Source: an uncultured Erysipelotrichaceae bacterium (GTDB taxonomy: Bacteria > Bacillota_I > Bacilli_A > RF39 > UBA660). Taken from it: a DNA stretch of 42,070 nucleotides. Numbering within the stretch: position 1 is the stretch's first letter; each line of letters opens with the position of its first letter. The DNA lies in assembly GCA_902795755.1 (NCBI GenBank), contig CADBMO010000104.1, positions 1 through 42,070 on the forward strand, given 5' to 3'. Positions 26,525 to 35,285 of the stretch are shown here, one piece after another. The notes below the pieces were generated by a model. It ran no database searches and was not told the origin of the DNA. It saw only the letters and a list, made by a program, of their open reading frames with translations. Made by a program: the position numbers and the translations under genes.

Positions 26525-28153
26525 ATGATTAACATAAAATATAAAGAAAACAACTTTGAATATGAAAACCCAGTGCCATTATTTGAAATTACTGATAGGA
26601 TTAAAGATGATTTTGAAGGTGATGTAGTAGCAGCATTTATGGATAATAAAGTTTGTTCATTAAATAGTATCGTATCAAAAGATTCTGAAGTCGAATTTTT
26701 TGATAATGGATCAGTTCATGGTAATAGGGTATATGTTAGAGGACTATGCTTTTTGTTTTGTAAAGCTGTAAAAGATGTATTAAATTGTGACGTTAAAATA
26801 ATCAGGGTAATGGGTAATGAGTTATACTCAGAAATTCTATCAAACACCATAATATCAGAAACTACTGTTGAAAAAATTAAGTTAAGAATGAAAGAATTAG
26901 TAGAACAAGAAATACCTATTGAAAAAATAGTAGTATCTAGATTAGAAGCTATGAATTATTATAAAAACGTTAACCAATTAGATAAAGCTAATTCTATGAA
27001 ATATATGAGCACATCATCACTTAGTTTATATAAAATGGATGATACATTAGACTACTTCTATGGAATAATGCCAATTAATACAAAAGTACTTAAAAATTAT
27101 GAATTAAAGTATATTAAAGAAAATAGAGTGGTATTAATTCCACCAAGTATTTATGATGAAGAACGTAGTTCAAAATATTTAAACAATGAAAGTATTATAA
27201 AAAGTACTGAAGAAAATAATAAGTTTTTAGAAAATATTAATATAATAAATTCTTGTGATTTAGATTATAAAATATCTAATAGTGAGTATAATAGCATTAT
27301 AGACGTTAGTGAAATGTATATTAATAAAAAAATATATGATTTAGCACATAAAATATCTAAGGATAAAGATGCAAAAGTTATATTAATAAATGGCCCAACT
27401 TCATCTGGAAAAACAATAGTAGCAAGAAAGCTTACAACTTTACTAAAAAGTGATGGGTATGATCCAATTACTATTTCAATAGATGATTTTTATAGGGAAG
27501 ATACTAACGATTATTCACGTGAAAACATTGATAACATTGATACCAATCTGTTTAATAATACGCTAGATTCGTTATTAGCAGGAAATGAAGTTAAAATGCC
27601 GGCGTTTGACTTTGAGGTTCATCAAAGATATTGGCAAGACAATGCTATAAAACTAAATGATAAGAGTGTGATAATAATAGAAGGTATGCATGCGTTTAAT
27701 AGTAAGCTTACTGAAATGATTCAAGATAAAAATAAGTTTAAAGTATTTGTTACACCATTTACTCCGTTAAATATTGATAATCATAATTTGTTTAGAACTT
27801 CAGATAATAGACTTTTAAGAAAACTTGTAAAAGATGCTAAGATAAAAAATATTAATCCATCTGATTCTTTAAAAGACTGGAGACGTATAAGAAAGATTGA
27901 AGAAGAAACTATTAATCCTTATGCTAATGATGCAGACGAGTTTATTAATACTTCACTTGTATATGAATTAGGTATATTAAAAACTTATGCAGAACCATTA
28001 TTGTTTTCAATAAATGAAGATGATGAAAACTATGAGGAAGCGCTTAGGATATTAAATATTTTTAGGGTAATACTACCTATGCCTAGTGAGAATGTGCCAA
28101 GTGATTCAATATTAAGAGAATTTATTGGTGGAAGTTGTTTTGGTAATGAATAG
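26525..28153 (+). CDS. TGS/ThrRS-N-like domain fused to a uridine-kinase-like P-loop nucleoside kinase
   Basis: The N-terminal half resembles the TGS and second-additional domains of ThrRS. The C-terminal half has the P-loop INGPTSSGKT and IIIEGMHAF, typical of Udk/PRK-family kinases. I prefer the ATG at 26525 over the GTG at 26513. Confidence 0.7.
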   Translation: MINIKYKENNFEYENPVPLFEITDRIKDDFEGDVVAAFMDNKVCSLNSIVSKDSEVEFFDNGSVHGNRVYVRGLCFLFCKAVKDVLNCDVKIIRVMGNELYSEILSNTIISETTVEKIKLRMKELVEQEIPIEKIVVSRLEAMNYYKNVNQLDKANSMKYMSTSSLSLYKMDDTLDYFYGIMPINTKVLKNYELKYIKENRVVLIPPSIYDEERSSKYLNNESIIKSTEENNKFLENINIINSCDLDYKISNSEYNSIIDVSEMYINKKIYDLAHKISKDKDAKVILINGPTSSGKTIVARKLTTLLKSDGYDPITISIDDFYREDTNDYSRENIDNIDTNLFNNTLDSLLAGNEVKMPAFDFEVHQRYWQDNAIKLNDKSVIIIEGMHAFNSKLTEMIQDKNKFKVFVTPFTPLNIDNHNLFRTSDNRLLRKLVKDAKIKNINPSDSLKDWRRIRKIEEETINPYANDADEFINTSLVYELGILKTYAEPLLFSINEDDENYEEALRILNIFRVILPMPSENVPSDSILREFIGGSCFGNE

Positions 28154-28187
28154 ATGTTAAAATATAATTAAATAGGAGGATGTTAAT

Positions 28188-29198
28188 ATGGCTATAAAAG
28201 TAGCAATAAATGGATTTGGAAGAATAGGAAGACTTGTATTTAGGTTAATGCAAGAAGATAGTGATTTTGATGTTGTTGCAATTAATGATTTGACTGATGC
28301 AGCACAATTAGCATATTTATTAAAATACGACACTTCACATAGAAGATATAAAACTGAGGAAATATCATCAGATGAAAACAACATCATAATAGATGGTAAA
28401 AAAATAAGAATATATAGTGAAAAAGAACCTGTTGATTTACCTTGGAAAGAATTGGGAATAGACGTTGTGTTTGAATGTACTGGGTTCTTTACTAACCTTG
28501 AAGCTGCCCAATCACATATAGATGCTGGAGCAAAAAAAGTTATTATATCAGCGCCAGCTAAAGGTGATTTAAAAACAATTGTTTATAACGTAAATCATGA
28601 ATTATTAACTGGTGATGAAACCGTTATTAGTGCAGCAAGTTGTACTACAAATTGCTTAGCACCTGTTATGAAATTATTATGTGATAATATTGGCGTAGAA
28701 AAAGGGTATATGACAACCGTTCATGCTTATACTAATGACCAATCAACGTTAGATGTTGCACATAAAAAAGGTCATATGGCAAGAAGGGGTAGAGCAGCCG
28801 CGGCAAATATAGTTCCTGCGTCAACCGGAGCCGCTAGTGCAATTGGATTGGTAATACCACAATTAAATGGTAAATTAGATGGTATTGCAATGAGGGTTCC
28901 TGTGACAACTGGATCAGTAGTAGATTTAACTTTAGAATTAAGTAAAAATGTTACTAAAGAAGAATTAAATGATTTATTTAAAAATAATCAAAGCGAAACA
29001 ATAAAGTATACTGAAGATCCAATTGTATCAAGTGATGTTATTGGAATGACTTGTGGTTCTCTTGTTGACGGATTGTCTACTAACGTTATGGATGTAGATG
29101 GAAAACAATTAGTTAAAATAGTATCATGGTATGATAATGAAATGGGATACAGTGCTCAAATGGTAAGAACTGCTAAATATTTAGCAAAAAAACACTAA
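28188..29198 (+). CDS. gap: Glyceraldehyde-3-phosphate dehydrogenase (type I)
   Basis: INGFGRIGR, the SCTTNCLAP active site, and WYDNE. Confidence 0.97.
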   Translation: MAIKVAINGFGRIGRLVFRLMQEDSDFDVVAINDLTDAAQLAYLLKYDTSHRRYKTEEISSDENNIIIDGKKIRIYSEKEPVDLPWKELGIDVVFECTGFFTNLEAAQSHIDAGAKKVIISAPAKGDLKTIVYNVNHELLTGDETVISAASCTTNCLAPVMKLLCDNIGVEKGYMTTVHAYTNDQSTLDVAHKKGHMARRGRAAAANIVPASTGAASAIGLVIPQLNGKLDGIAMRVPVTTGSVVDLTLELSKNVTKEELNDLFKNNQSETIKYTEDPIVSSDVIGMTCGSLVDGLSTNVMDVDGKQLVKIVSWYDNEMGYSAQMVRTAKYLAKKH

Positions 29199-29212
29199 TT
29201 AGTGTTTTTTTT
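29185..29212 (+). terminator. Rho-independent terminator overlapping the gap stop
   Basis: aaaaaaACACTAATTAGTGTtttttttt. Confidence 0.8.
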
Positions 29213-29256
29213 GTTTATTCGTGATATAATGGTATAGACGATAGGATGGTGTTACA

Positions 29257-30573
29257 ATGGATAATGAGTATAATGCTTATGAACAAGAAGAGCCTAAAAA
29301 GAAGTTTAGAATAACTAGAGGTATGATTATTCTTGCTGTGGCAGTTATATTAGTAATTGCAATTGTTGTTATAATCATAGTAACCCATAATTCTAATAAA
29401 CCTAAAGAAATAACTACGGCTGATTGTAAAAAACTAGAGAAACGTATGAGTGATGAAGCATCTGCTTATGTTGAAGAGATATCACCTGAAATTTCAAGAG
29501 TTGAGTTGGATGATTTAAGATCAGAAAATGGTGGACCATTAGAGGTAAAGGCACTTCCAGCACTTAAAATATGTACAGGTTACGTAAATGTTTTCTTAGA
29601 TGATGGAGATCAAAGAAGTGACGCATATATATCATGTGATAATGGATACGAAACCAAAGGATATGTTGAAGGTGATGGTGGAGATATAACAAAACCTGAG
29701 ATTGAATTAAAGGGTAATAGTAAAATGACAATCAAAGTTGGAAGTAAATTTACTGATCCAGGTGCAACAGCAACTGATGATGTAGATGGAGATTTAACTG
29801 AAAACATCGTTGTAACAGGTAAAGTAGATACTAAAAAAGCTGGAACTTACACACTTAAATATACAGTTGAAGATTCATCTGGTAACAAAGCGTCTAAAAA
29901 AAGAACAGTAATTGTTGAGGAAAAAGAAACAACAACTACTAAAACAACGACTTCAACTAAAGTGCAAACAACAACCACAACTAAAAATACGATAGTTGTA
30001 ACAACTAAAAAAACTACTAGGACAACTGCAAGGAAAACTACCAGAGCAACAACCAGGGCTACAACTAAAGCAACAACAAAAAGAATAACAACCCCGCCAA
30101 CAATTAAGCTTAAAGGTAATAACCCAGATAGTGTTACTCAAGGAAGAACGTATACTGATCCAGGATTTACCGCAACAGATGCTACGGGTAAAAACATAAC
30201 TAGTAAGGTGACAAAAAAAGGAACAGTAAATACTAGTGTTGCTAAAACGTATTACATAACATATTCAGTAACTGATGATTATAAAAATACCGCATCTGTT
30301 AGTAGAACGGTAAAAGTTATAGCGAAGACAAATGTTACAAGTTTAACTTTGACCCCAAATACCGCAACAGTTAAAGTTGGTGCAAATCAACAGTTGTATG
30401 TAAATGCTACTTATACGGGTGGTGCGCCAGTATACAGTTGGAAATCTAGTAACACATCAGTAGCAACGGTATCAAGTAGTGGTGTTGTAACTGGAAAATC
30501 TGCTGGTAGCACGACAATTACTGTAACTGCTGGTACGATGGCAAGAACATGTACTATAAAAGTAACGAAGTAA
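29257..30573 (+). CDS. Type II membrane-anchored surface protein with two DUF5011-type Ig-like domains, a Thr-rich linker and a C-terminal Big_2 domain
   Basis: N-terminal TM segment (MIILAVAVILVIAIVVIIIV). Two DUF5011-like units (FTDPGATATDDVDGDLT...GTYTLKYTVEDSSGN and YTDPGFTATDATGKNIT...YYITYSVTDDYKN). Big_2-like SSNTSVATVSSSGVVTGKSAGSTTITVTA. Confidence 0.75.
   Translation: MDNEYNAYEQEEPKKKFRITRGMIILAVAVILVIAIVVIIIVTHNSNKPKEITTADCKKLEKRMSDEASAYVEEISPEISRVELDDLRSENGGPLEVKALPALKICTGYVNVFLDDGDQRSDAYISCDNGYETKGYVEGDGGDITKPEIELKGNSKMTIKVGSKFTDPGATATDDVDGDLTENIVVTGKVDTKKAGTYTLKYTVEDSSGNKASKKRTVIVEEKETTTTKTTTSTKVQTTTTTKNTIVVTTKKTTRTTARKTTRATTRATTKATTKRITTPPTIKLKGNNPDSVTQGRTYTDPGFTATDATGKNITSKVTKKGTVNTSVAKTYYITYSVTDDYKNTASVSRTVKVIAKTNVTSLTLTPNTATVKVGANQQLYVNATYTGGAPVYSWKSSNTSVATVSSSGVVTGKSAGSTTITVTAGTMARTCTIKVTK
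29929..30099 (+). repeat. Low-complexity ACN-rich tract encoding a Thr/Lys/Arg/Ala linker
   Basis: TTTTKTTTSTKVQTTTTTKNTIVVTTKKTTRTTARKTTRATTRATTKATTKRITTPP. Imperfect short repeats (TTRA/TTKA). Confidence 0.8.
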
Positions 30574-30600
30574 AATAGAAAATTTAGTTTTCTATTTTTT
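30572..30600 (+). terminator. Rho-independent terminator
   Basis: ATAGAAAAtttagTTTTCTAT followed by T6. Confidence 0.8.
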
Positions 30601-30632
30601 CATATAATGATATAATTGTATTGGAGGCTCTA

Positions 30633-31817
30633 ATGAAAAAAACTATAAGAGATTTAGACATAGATGGAAAAACTTTAATTATTAGATGTGACTTAAATGT
30701 TCCAATTAAAGATGGCGTTATATCAGATGATAATAGAATAAGAGAAAGTTTAAAAACTATTAATTATGCATTAGATCATAATTGTAAAATAATAATATTA
30801 TCTCATCTTGGTAGAATTAAGTCGGAAGAAGATAAAAAAGGAAAAAGTTTATTACCAGTTGCGATAAGACTAGAAGAATTATTAGGAAAAAAAGTATTAT
30901 TTGTTAATGAAACGCGTGGAAGTGTGTTAGAAGAGGCTGTTTCTAATATGAATAATAAAGATATAGTACTTGTAGAGAATACCAGATATGAAGATTATCC
31001 TGATAATAAGGAAAGTGGATGCGATATTGAACTTGGTAAGTATTGGTCTTCACTTGCAGATGTTTTTGTTAATGATGCATTTGGTACTTCTCACAGAAAA
31101 CATGCGTCTAATGTGGGTATTGCCAAAAATATACCTTCTTGTATTGGGTTTTTAGTTGAAAAAGAATTATTAATGTTAAAAGAATCATTGGATACTCCAA
31201 AATGTCCATATATAGTTATTATGGGTGGTGCAAAAATAAATGATAAAATAAAAGTGATAGATAAACTTTTAAAGAAAGCTGATTACTTATTAGTAGGTGG
31301 AGGAATTGCTAACACATTTTTGACTGCCCTTGGATATGATTTAAAAAAATCTATTTATGATGAAGATTCAATAGAATATTGTAAAAATGTTATTAAAAAG
31401 TATAAAGATAAAATAGTATTACCAGTAGATGGTTATTGTTCTAGTGAGTATAAAGATGGAATTGAGGTTGATTATTGTAAGCTAGATAATGTTTTAGATG
31501 GAAAAATGGTTTTAGATATTGGTAAAGAAAGTATAGAATTATTTTCTAATTATATTAAAGATGCAAAAACTGTTTTTTGGAATGGTCCAGTAGGGGTAAG
31601 TGAGTTTAAAAATTTTGAATATGGTACTAAAAAGCTATGTGAAATATTAGATAAATCAAATGCAAAAGTTATTGTTGGTGGTGGTGATTCAGCTGCTGCA
31701 GCAATAAAGTTTGGATATAAAAATAAATTTGATCATATATCAACTGGTGGCGGAGCATCTCTTGAGTTAATCGAGGGTAAAGCATTGCCAGCTATTGATA
31801 TTATAGAAGATAAATAA
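30633..31817 (+). CDS. pgk: Phosphoglycerate kinase
   Basis: RCDLNVP, SHLGR, NDAFGTSHR, and GGGDS motifs. I prefer the ATG at 30633 (GGAGG 5 nt upstream) over the TTG at 30621. Confidence 0.96.
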   Translation: MKKTIRDLDIDGKTLIIRCDLNVPIKDGVISDDNRIRESLKTINYALDHNCKIIILSHLGRIKSEEDKKGKSLLPVAIRLEELLGKKVLFVNETRGSVLEEAVSNMNNKDIVLVENTRYEDYPDNKESGCDIELGKYWSSLADVFVNDAFGTSHRKHASNVGIAKNIPSCIGFLVEKELLMLKESLDTPKCPYIVIMGGAKINDKIKVIDKLLKKADYLLVGGGIANTFLTALGYDLKKSIYDEDSIEYCKNVIKKYKDKIVLPVDGYCSSEYKDGIEVDYCKLDNVLDGKMVLDIGKESIELFSNYIKDAKTVFWNGPVGVSEFKNFEYGTKKLCEILDKSNAKVIVGGGDSAAAAIKFGYKNKFDHISTGGGASLELIEGKALPAIDIIEDK

Positions 31818-31818
31818 T

Positions 31819-32826
31819 ATGAAAAAGAAGAAAAGTATAATTAATTATCTAATATTATTTATAGCAATAGTCTTAGTGTTATTTTTTACACTTAAAGATG
31901 ATTTTAAAAACATAGTTTTAGAAATGTCTAAAGTAAATATTTGGATATATATAATAGCCATTATTTTGTTTTTAGTGTCACATTTCTTTAAGTCATTGGG
32001 CTTACGTACATTTTTAAATGAATATACAAATTATTCTGTAAAAAAATCATATGAATTAACCTTAATCTCGTTATTTTTAAATGGTGTAACACCATTTCAA
32101 ACGGGTGGTCAACCATTTCAAGTTTATTTATTAAAAAAAGATGGTATGCGCGTTACTGATTCTACAAACGCAATGATTAAAGATTCACTAGCATATCAAG
32201 CAGCTTTACTTATAATTGCGGTAATAGCATTGTTATTTAATATAAAATTAAATATATGTGAACATGATAGGTATTTAATATTAGCAGTGTTACTTGGTTT
32301 TATTGTGAATTTTGCTGTTTTGTCGCTTCTTGTATTTGCACTAGCAGCAAAAAAAACAGGATATAGAATCTTAAATAATCTAATTAACTTTATATTTAAA
32401 TTTAAAATAACAAAAAAATATGCTCGTTCAAAAGAAAAGCTTCAAGAAGGGTTAATAAACTTTTATGAAAACAGAAAAAGTATATCAAAAAATAAGAAAA
32501 CACTAATAGTAGGAATAATGTTTCATATTATTCATTTAATAATATTATATTTAGTACCTGCTATAGTGTTTAAATCTATGGGAGTTAACATAGGTATATT
32601 ACAAACTATAGTTTGTACAGCACTTGTTATGTTGGTTGCAAACTTTATTCCAATACCAGGTGCAACAGGTGGAATTGAATATGGATTTATGCAGTTCTTT
32701 GGTAAATATGTATTTGGAGCAATACTTTCTAGTGGAATGCTTTTATGGAGATTTGCAACATATTTCTTTGGATTAATAATAGGAAGTATTATACTTATGC
32801 TAAAAAAGGAGGATAGAATAAAATGA
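31819..32826 (+). CDS. Flippase-like / lysylphosphatidylglycerol-synthase TM-region (UPF0104) membrane protein
   Basis: About 8 TM segments. PFQTGGQPFQVYLL and IPIPGATGGIEYGF motifs are typical of the LPG_synthase_TM family. It starts 1 nt after the pgk stop. Confidence 0.7.
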   Translation: MKKKKSIINYLILFIAIVLVLFFTLKDDFKNIVLEMSKVNIWIYIIAIILFLVSHFFKSLGLRTFLNEYTNYSVKKSYELTLISLFLNGVTPFQTGGQPFQVYLLKKDGMRVTDSTNAMIKDSLAYQAALLIIAVIALLFNIKLNICEHDRYLILAVLLGFIVNFAVLSLLVFALAAKKTGYRILNNLINFIFKFKITKKYARSKEKLQEGLINFYENRKSISKNKKTLIVGIMFHIIHLIILYLVPAIVFKSMGVNIGILQTIVCTALVMLVANFIPIPGATGGIEYGFMQFFGKYVFGAILSSGMLLWRFATYFFGLIIGSIILMLKKEDRIK

Positions 32827-34058
32827 GAATAGGATTATTTAGTGATACATATCCTCCGTTTATTAATGGTGTATCAACAAGTGTTTTAATGTTAAAAAAA
32901 GGTTTAGAAAAACTAGGACATAAAGTTTTCGTTGTCACTGTTAATAGTGAATCGTTTTCATATAGGGAAGAAGAGAACGTTTTAATGATACCAAGTGTTC
33001 CTATCGGATTATTTGATTATCGTATATCAGGAATATATCCAATAAGAGCAAGAAAGATTATAAAAAATTGGAATTTAGATGTTATCCATACTCATACTGA
33101 ATTTGGAATTGGGACATTTGCAAGACTGATATCAAAGCAATATAATATTCCGTTAGTGCATACATATCATACGATGTATGAAGAGTATATATACTACATA
33201 ACAAAAGGATATTTTAAAGGCACTTCAAAAAAATTAGTAGAGTACTTAACGTTATTTTTGTGTGACAAAACCATTGATGAACTTATAGTGCCTACTAAAA
33301 AAGCGTATGAGCTATTCAAAAACAAATATAACGTTAAAAGAGATGTACATATTATTCCAACTGGTATTGAGGTTGAAAAATTCTATAAAGAAAATACTGA
33401 TAAAAAAGACGTTTTAGACTTAAAAAAAGAACTTGGTTTAAAAAAAGATGATTTTGTAATATTAAATATAGGTAGGATTGCAAAAGAAAAAAATATTGAG
33501 TTTTTGATAAATGCTCATAAAACCTTAGTTAAGAAAAATAAAAAAGCAAAGCTGGTTATTGTGGGTGATGGACCTGGCGTTGATGATTTATATAAACTAG
33601 TTGATAAAAATAATTTAGAAAAAAATGTTATTTTTACTGGTAAAGTACCTTGGGATAACGTTGCAAAGTATTATTTAATGTCTGATGTATTTACAACGGC
33701 ATCTAAAAGTGAAACGCAAGGGCTTACCGTTATAGAAGCGATGGCAGCATCTAAATGCGTGGTAACAATTAAAGATGAGAGTTTTGAAAACGTAATCACT
33801 GATAAAAAAGATGGTTTCTTCTTTAAAAAAGAAGCAGAGTATGTTGATATAATGAACGAATTATCAAATAATAAGAAGTTAAGAGATGAAATTGGTAAGA
33901 ACGCATTAAAAACTGCTAATGAGTATAGTTCAATATCATATGCGAAAAAAGTGTTAGACGTTTATAACTTAGTTATTAATAAGGATCCTAATATTGTAAA
34001 AAGAATAATACATGGTGCAAAAAGAGTACTTAAAAAAAGTGGTGATAATAATGAGTAA
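32823..34058 (+). CDS. GT4 glycosyltransferase, monoglucosyl-diacylglycerol synthase-like
   Basis: MRIGLFSDTYPPFINGVSTSV N-terminus and a C-terminal E..G.(T/V)..EAMA motif (SETQGLTVIEAMA). ATGA overlap with the upstream gene. Confidence 0.8.
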   Translation: MRIGLFSDTYPPFINGVSTSVLMLKKGLEKLGHKVFVVTVNSESFSYREEENVLMIPSVPIGLFDYRISGIYPIRARKIIKNWNLDVIHTHTEFGIGTFARLISKQYNIPLVHTYHTMYEEYIYYITKGYFKGTSKKLVEYLTLFLCDKTIDELIVPTKKAYELFKNKYNVKRDVHIIPTGIEVEKFYKENTDKKDVLDLKKELGLKKDDFVILNIGRIAKEKNIEFLINAHKTLVKKNKKAKLVIVGDGPGVDDLYKLVDKNNLEKNVIFTGKVPWDNVAKYYLMSDVFTTASKSETQGLTVIEAMAASKCVVTIKDESFENVITDKKDGFFFKKEAEYVDIMNELSNNKKLRDEIGKNALKTANEYSSISYAKKVLDVYNLVINKDPNIVKRIIHGAKRVLKKSGDNNE

Positions 34059-34743
34059 GATTGTAGTATGTAATCAAAAAATGTTTTTATCATATGATGA
34101 AGCTGAAAAAATAAGTAATGAATTACTTAAGTATAATGATGAGAACTTGATTATATGTCCATCTGCTTTGAATATGGATTTATACTCTAAATATAATATT
34201 GGTGCACAAGATTGTTATTACGAAGATAGTGGGTCTTTTACAGGCGAGATTTCTCCATATCATTTGGCACTTAAAGGAGTTAAGTACGTAATAGTAGGTC
34301 ATAGTGAAAGAAGATGCTATGATGATGATAAAACAATTAATAAAAAAATACTTGCAGCACAAAAAAATAAGCTTATTCCAATATTATGTATTGGTGAATC
34401 AAAATACGATAGAGATTTAAATAGAACTGCTGAAGTATTAAAAAGGCAATTAACTATTGGATTAAAAAATGTTAAAGATGAAATCTATATTGCGTATGAA
34501 CCCGCATGGCTTATTGGTAAGAATAAGAGTTTAAGTATTAATGAGATAGAAGATACTTGTACTTATATTAGAAAGCTATTAAAGGGATTAAGAATTAGTA
34601 ATTATAAACTATTATATGGTGGAAGTGTAACTGATTTAACCATTGAAAACATAATTAGTAATAAGTTAGATGGCTATTTAGTTGGTAAAACATGTTGTGA
34701 CGTAGATAAATTACTAAAGATAATAAAGTGTACAAAAATGTAA
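34051..34743 (+). CDS. tpiA: Triosephosphate isomerase (divergent, short)
   Basis: CNQKMF (Asn/Lys), GAQDCYYEDSGSFTGEIS, VGHSERR (His), AYEPAWLIG (Glu), and YGGSV. I prefer the ATG at 34051 (GGTGA SD), which overlaps the GT4 stop. Confidence 0.8.
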   Translation: MSKIVVCNQKMFLSYDEAEKISNELLKYNDENLIICPSALNMDLYSKYNIGAQDCYYEDSGSFTGEISPYHLALKGVKYVIVGHSERRCYDDDKTINKKILAAQKNKLIPILCIGESKYDRDLNRTAEVLKRQLTIGLKNVKDEIYIAYEPAWLIGKNKSLSINEIEDTCTYIRKLLKGLRISNYKLLYGGSVTDLTIENIISNKLDGYLVGKTCCDVDKLLKIIKCTKM

Positions 34744-34746
34744 AGA

Positions 34747-34776
34747 AGGACAAAATTTGACATTTTGTTCTTTTAA
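34747..34776 (+). terminator. Rho-independent terminator
   Basis: AGGACAAAATttgacATTTTGTTCT followed by a T-rich tract. Confidence 0.75.
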
Positions 34777-34830
34777 TTTGATGTAAAATTATGTTATGCT
34801 ATAGTTGAAATATAGAAAGTGGGTGATAAG

Positions 34831-35169
34831 ATGGATGCTCAAGTAGCAAAAAGGCCATCGTTTGTTAGTCGTTATCTTGATGTTTTATACGAGGTTAAAT
34901 TTAAACTAGCCTTAAAGAAAATTGAGGGTAAGATAGTTGTTGCCAAAAATGAGTTTAGAAAAATGATTGAAGAAGAAACAACTAAGGACTTAGACGTAAG
35001 AGATGCAATAGACAAATTATTTGAACCGCTTAATATATTTAGTAACGAGGGTGAAAACTATAATATGAAGGATAAAGATAACTCTGCTACTAATAATAAA
35101 GGAGTGGCAAAGTCAAAAGCGTTACCTCAGTTTAAGAATACTGGTAACAATGAACAAACTTCAAATTAG
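34831..35169 (+). CDS. Hypothetical protein (~112 aa)
   Basis: ORF with a GGGTGA SD. I prefer the ATG at 34831 over the GTG at 34819. No motif recognised. Confidence 0.5.
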   Translation: MDAQVAKRPSFVSRYLDVLYEVKFKLALKKIEGKIVVAKNEFRKMIEEETTKDLDVRDAIDKLFEPLNIFSNEGENYNMKDKDNSATNNKGVAKSKALPQFKNTGNNEQTSN

Positions 35170-35180
35170 TTAGAATAATC

Positions 35181-35216
35181 AAAGAATGTAGTACCAAATA
35201 TTACATTCTTTTTTTG
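35181..35216 (+). terminator. Rho-independent terminator
   Basis: AAGAATGTAgtaccaaataTTACATTCTT followed by T-run. Confidence 0.85.
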
Positions 35217-35223
35217 TTCGACA
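35217..35223 (-). promoter_or_regulatory. Consensus Spo0A-binding 0A box (TGTCGAA on the - strand) upstream of spo0A
   Basis: The + strand reads TTCGACA, about 32 nt upstream of a TGn-extended -10 (tgtTACAAT, 35252-35260). Confidence 0.45.
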
Positions 35224-35285
35224 CAAAGTGATAATATTTTTGAAAAAGTTGTTGTACAATACCAAAGAAAAGGAAGGAGATTATT

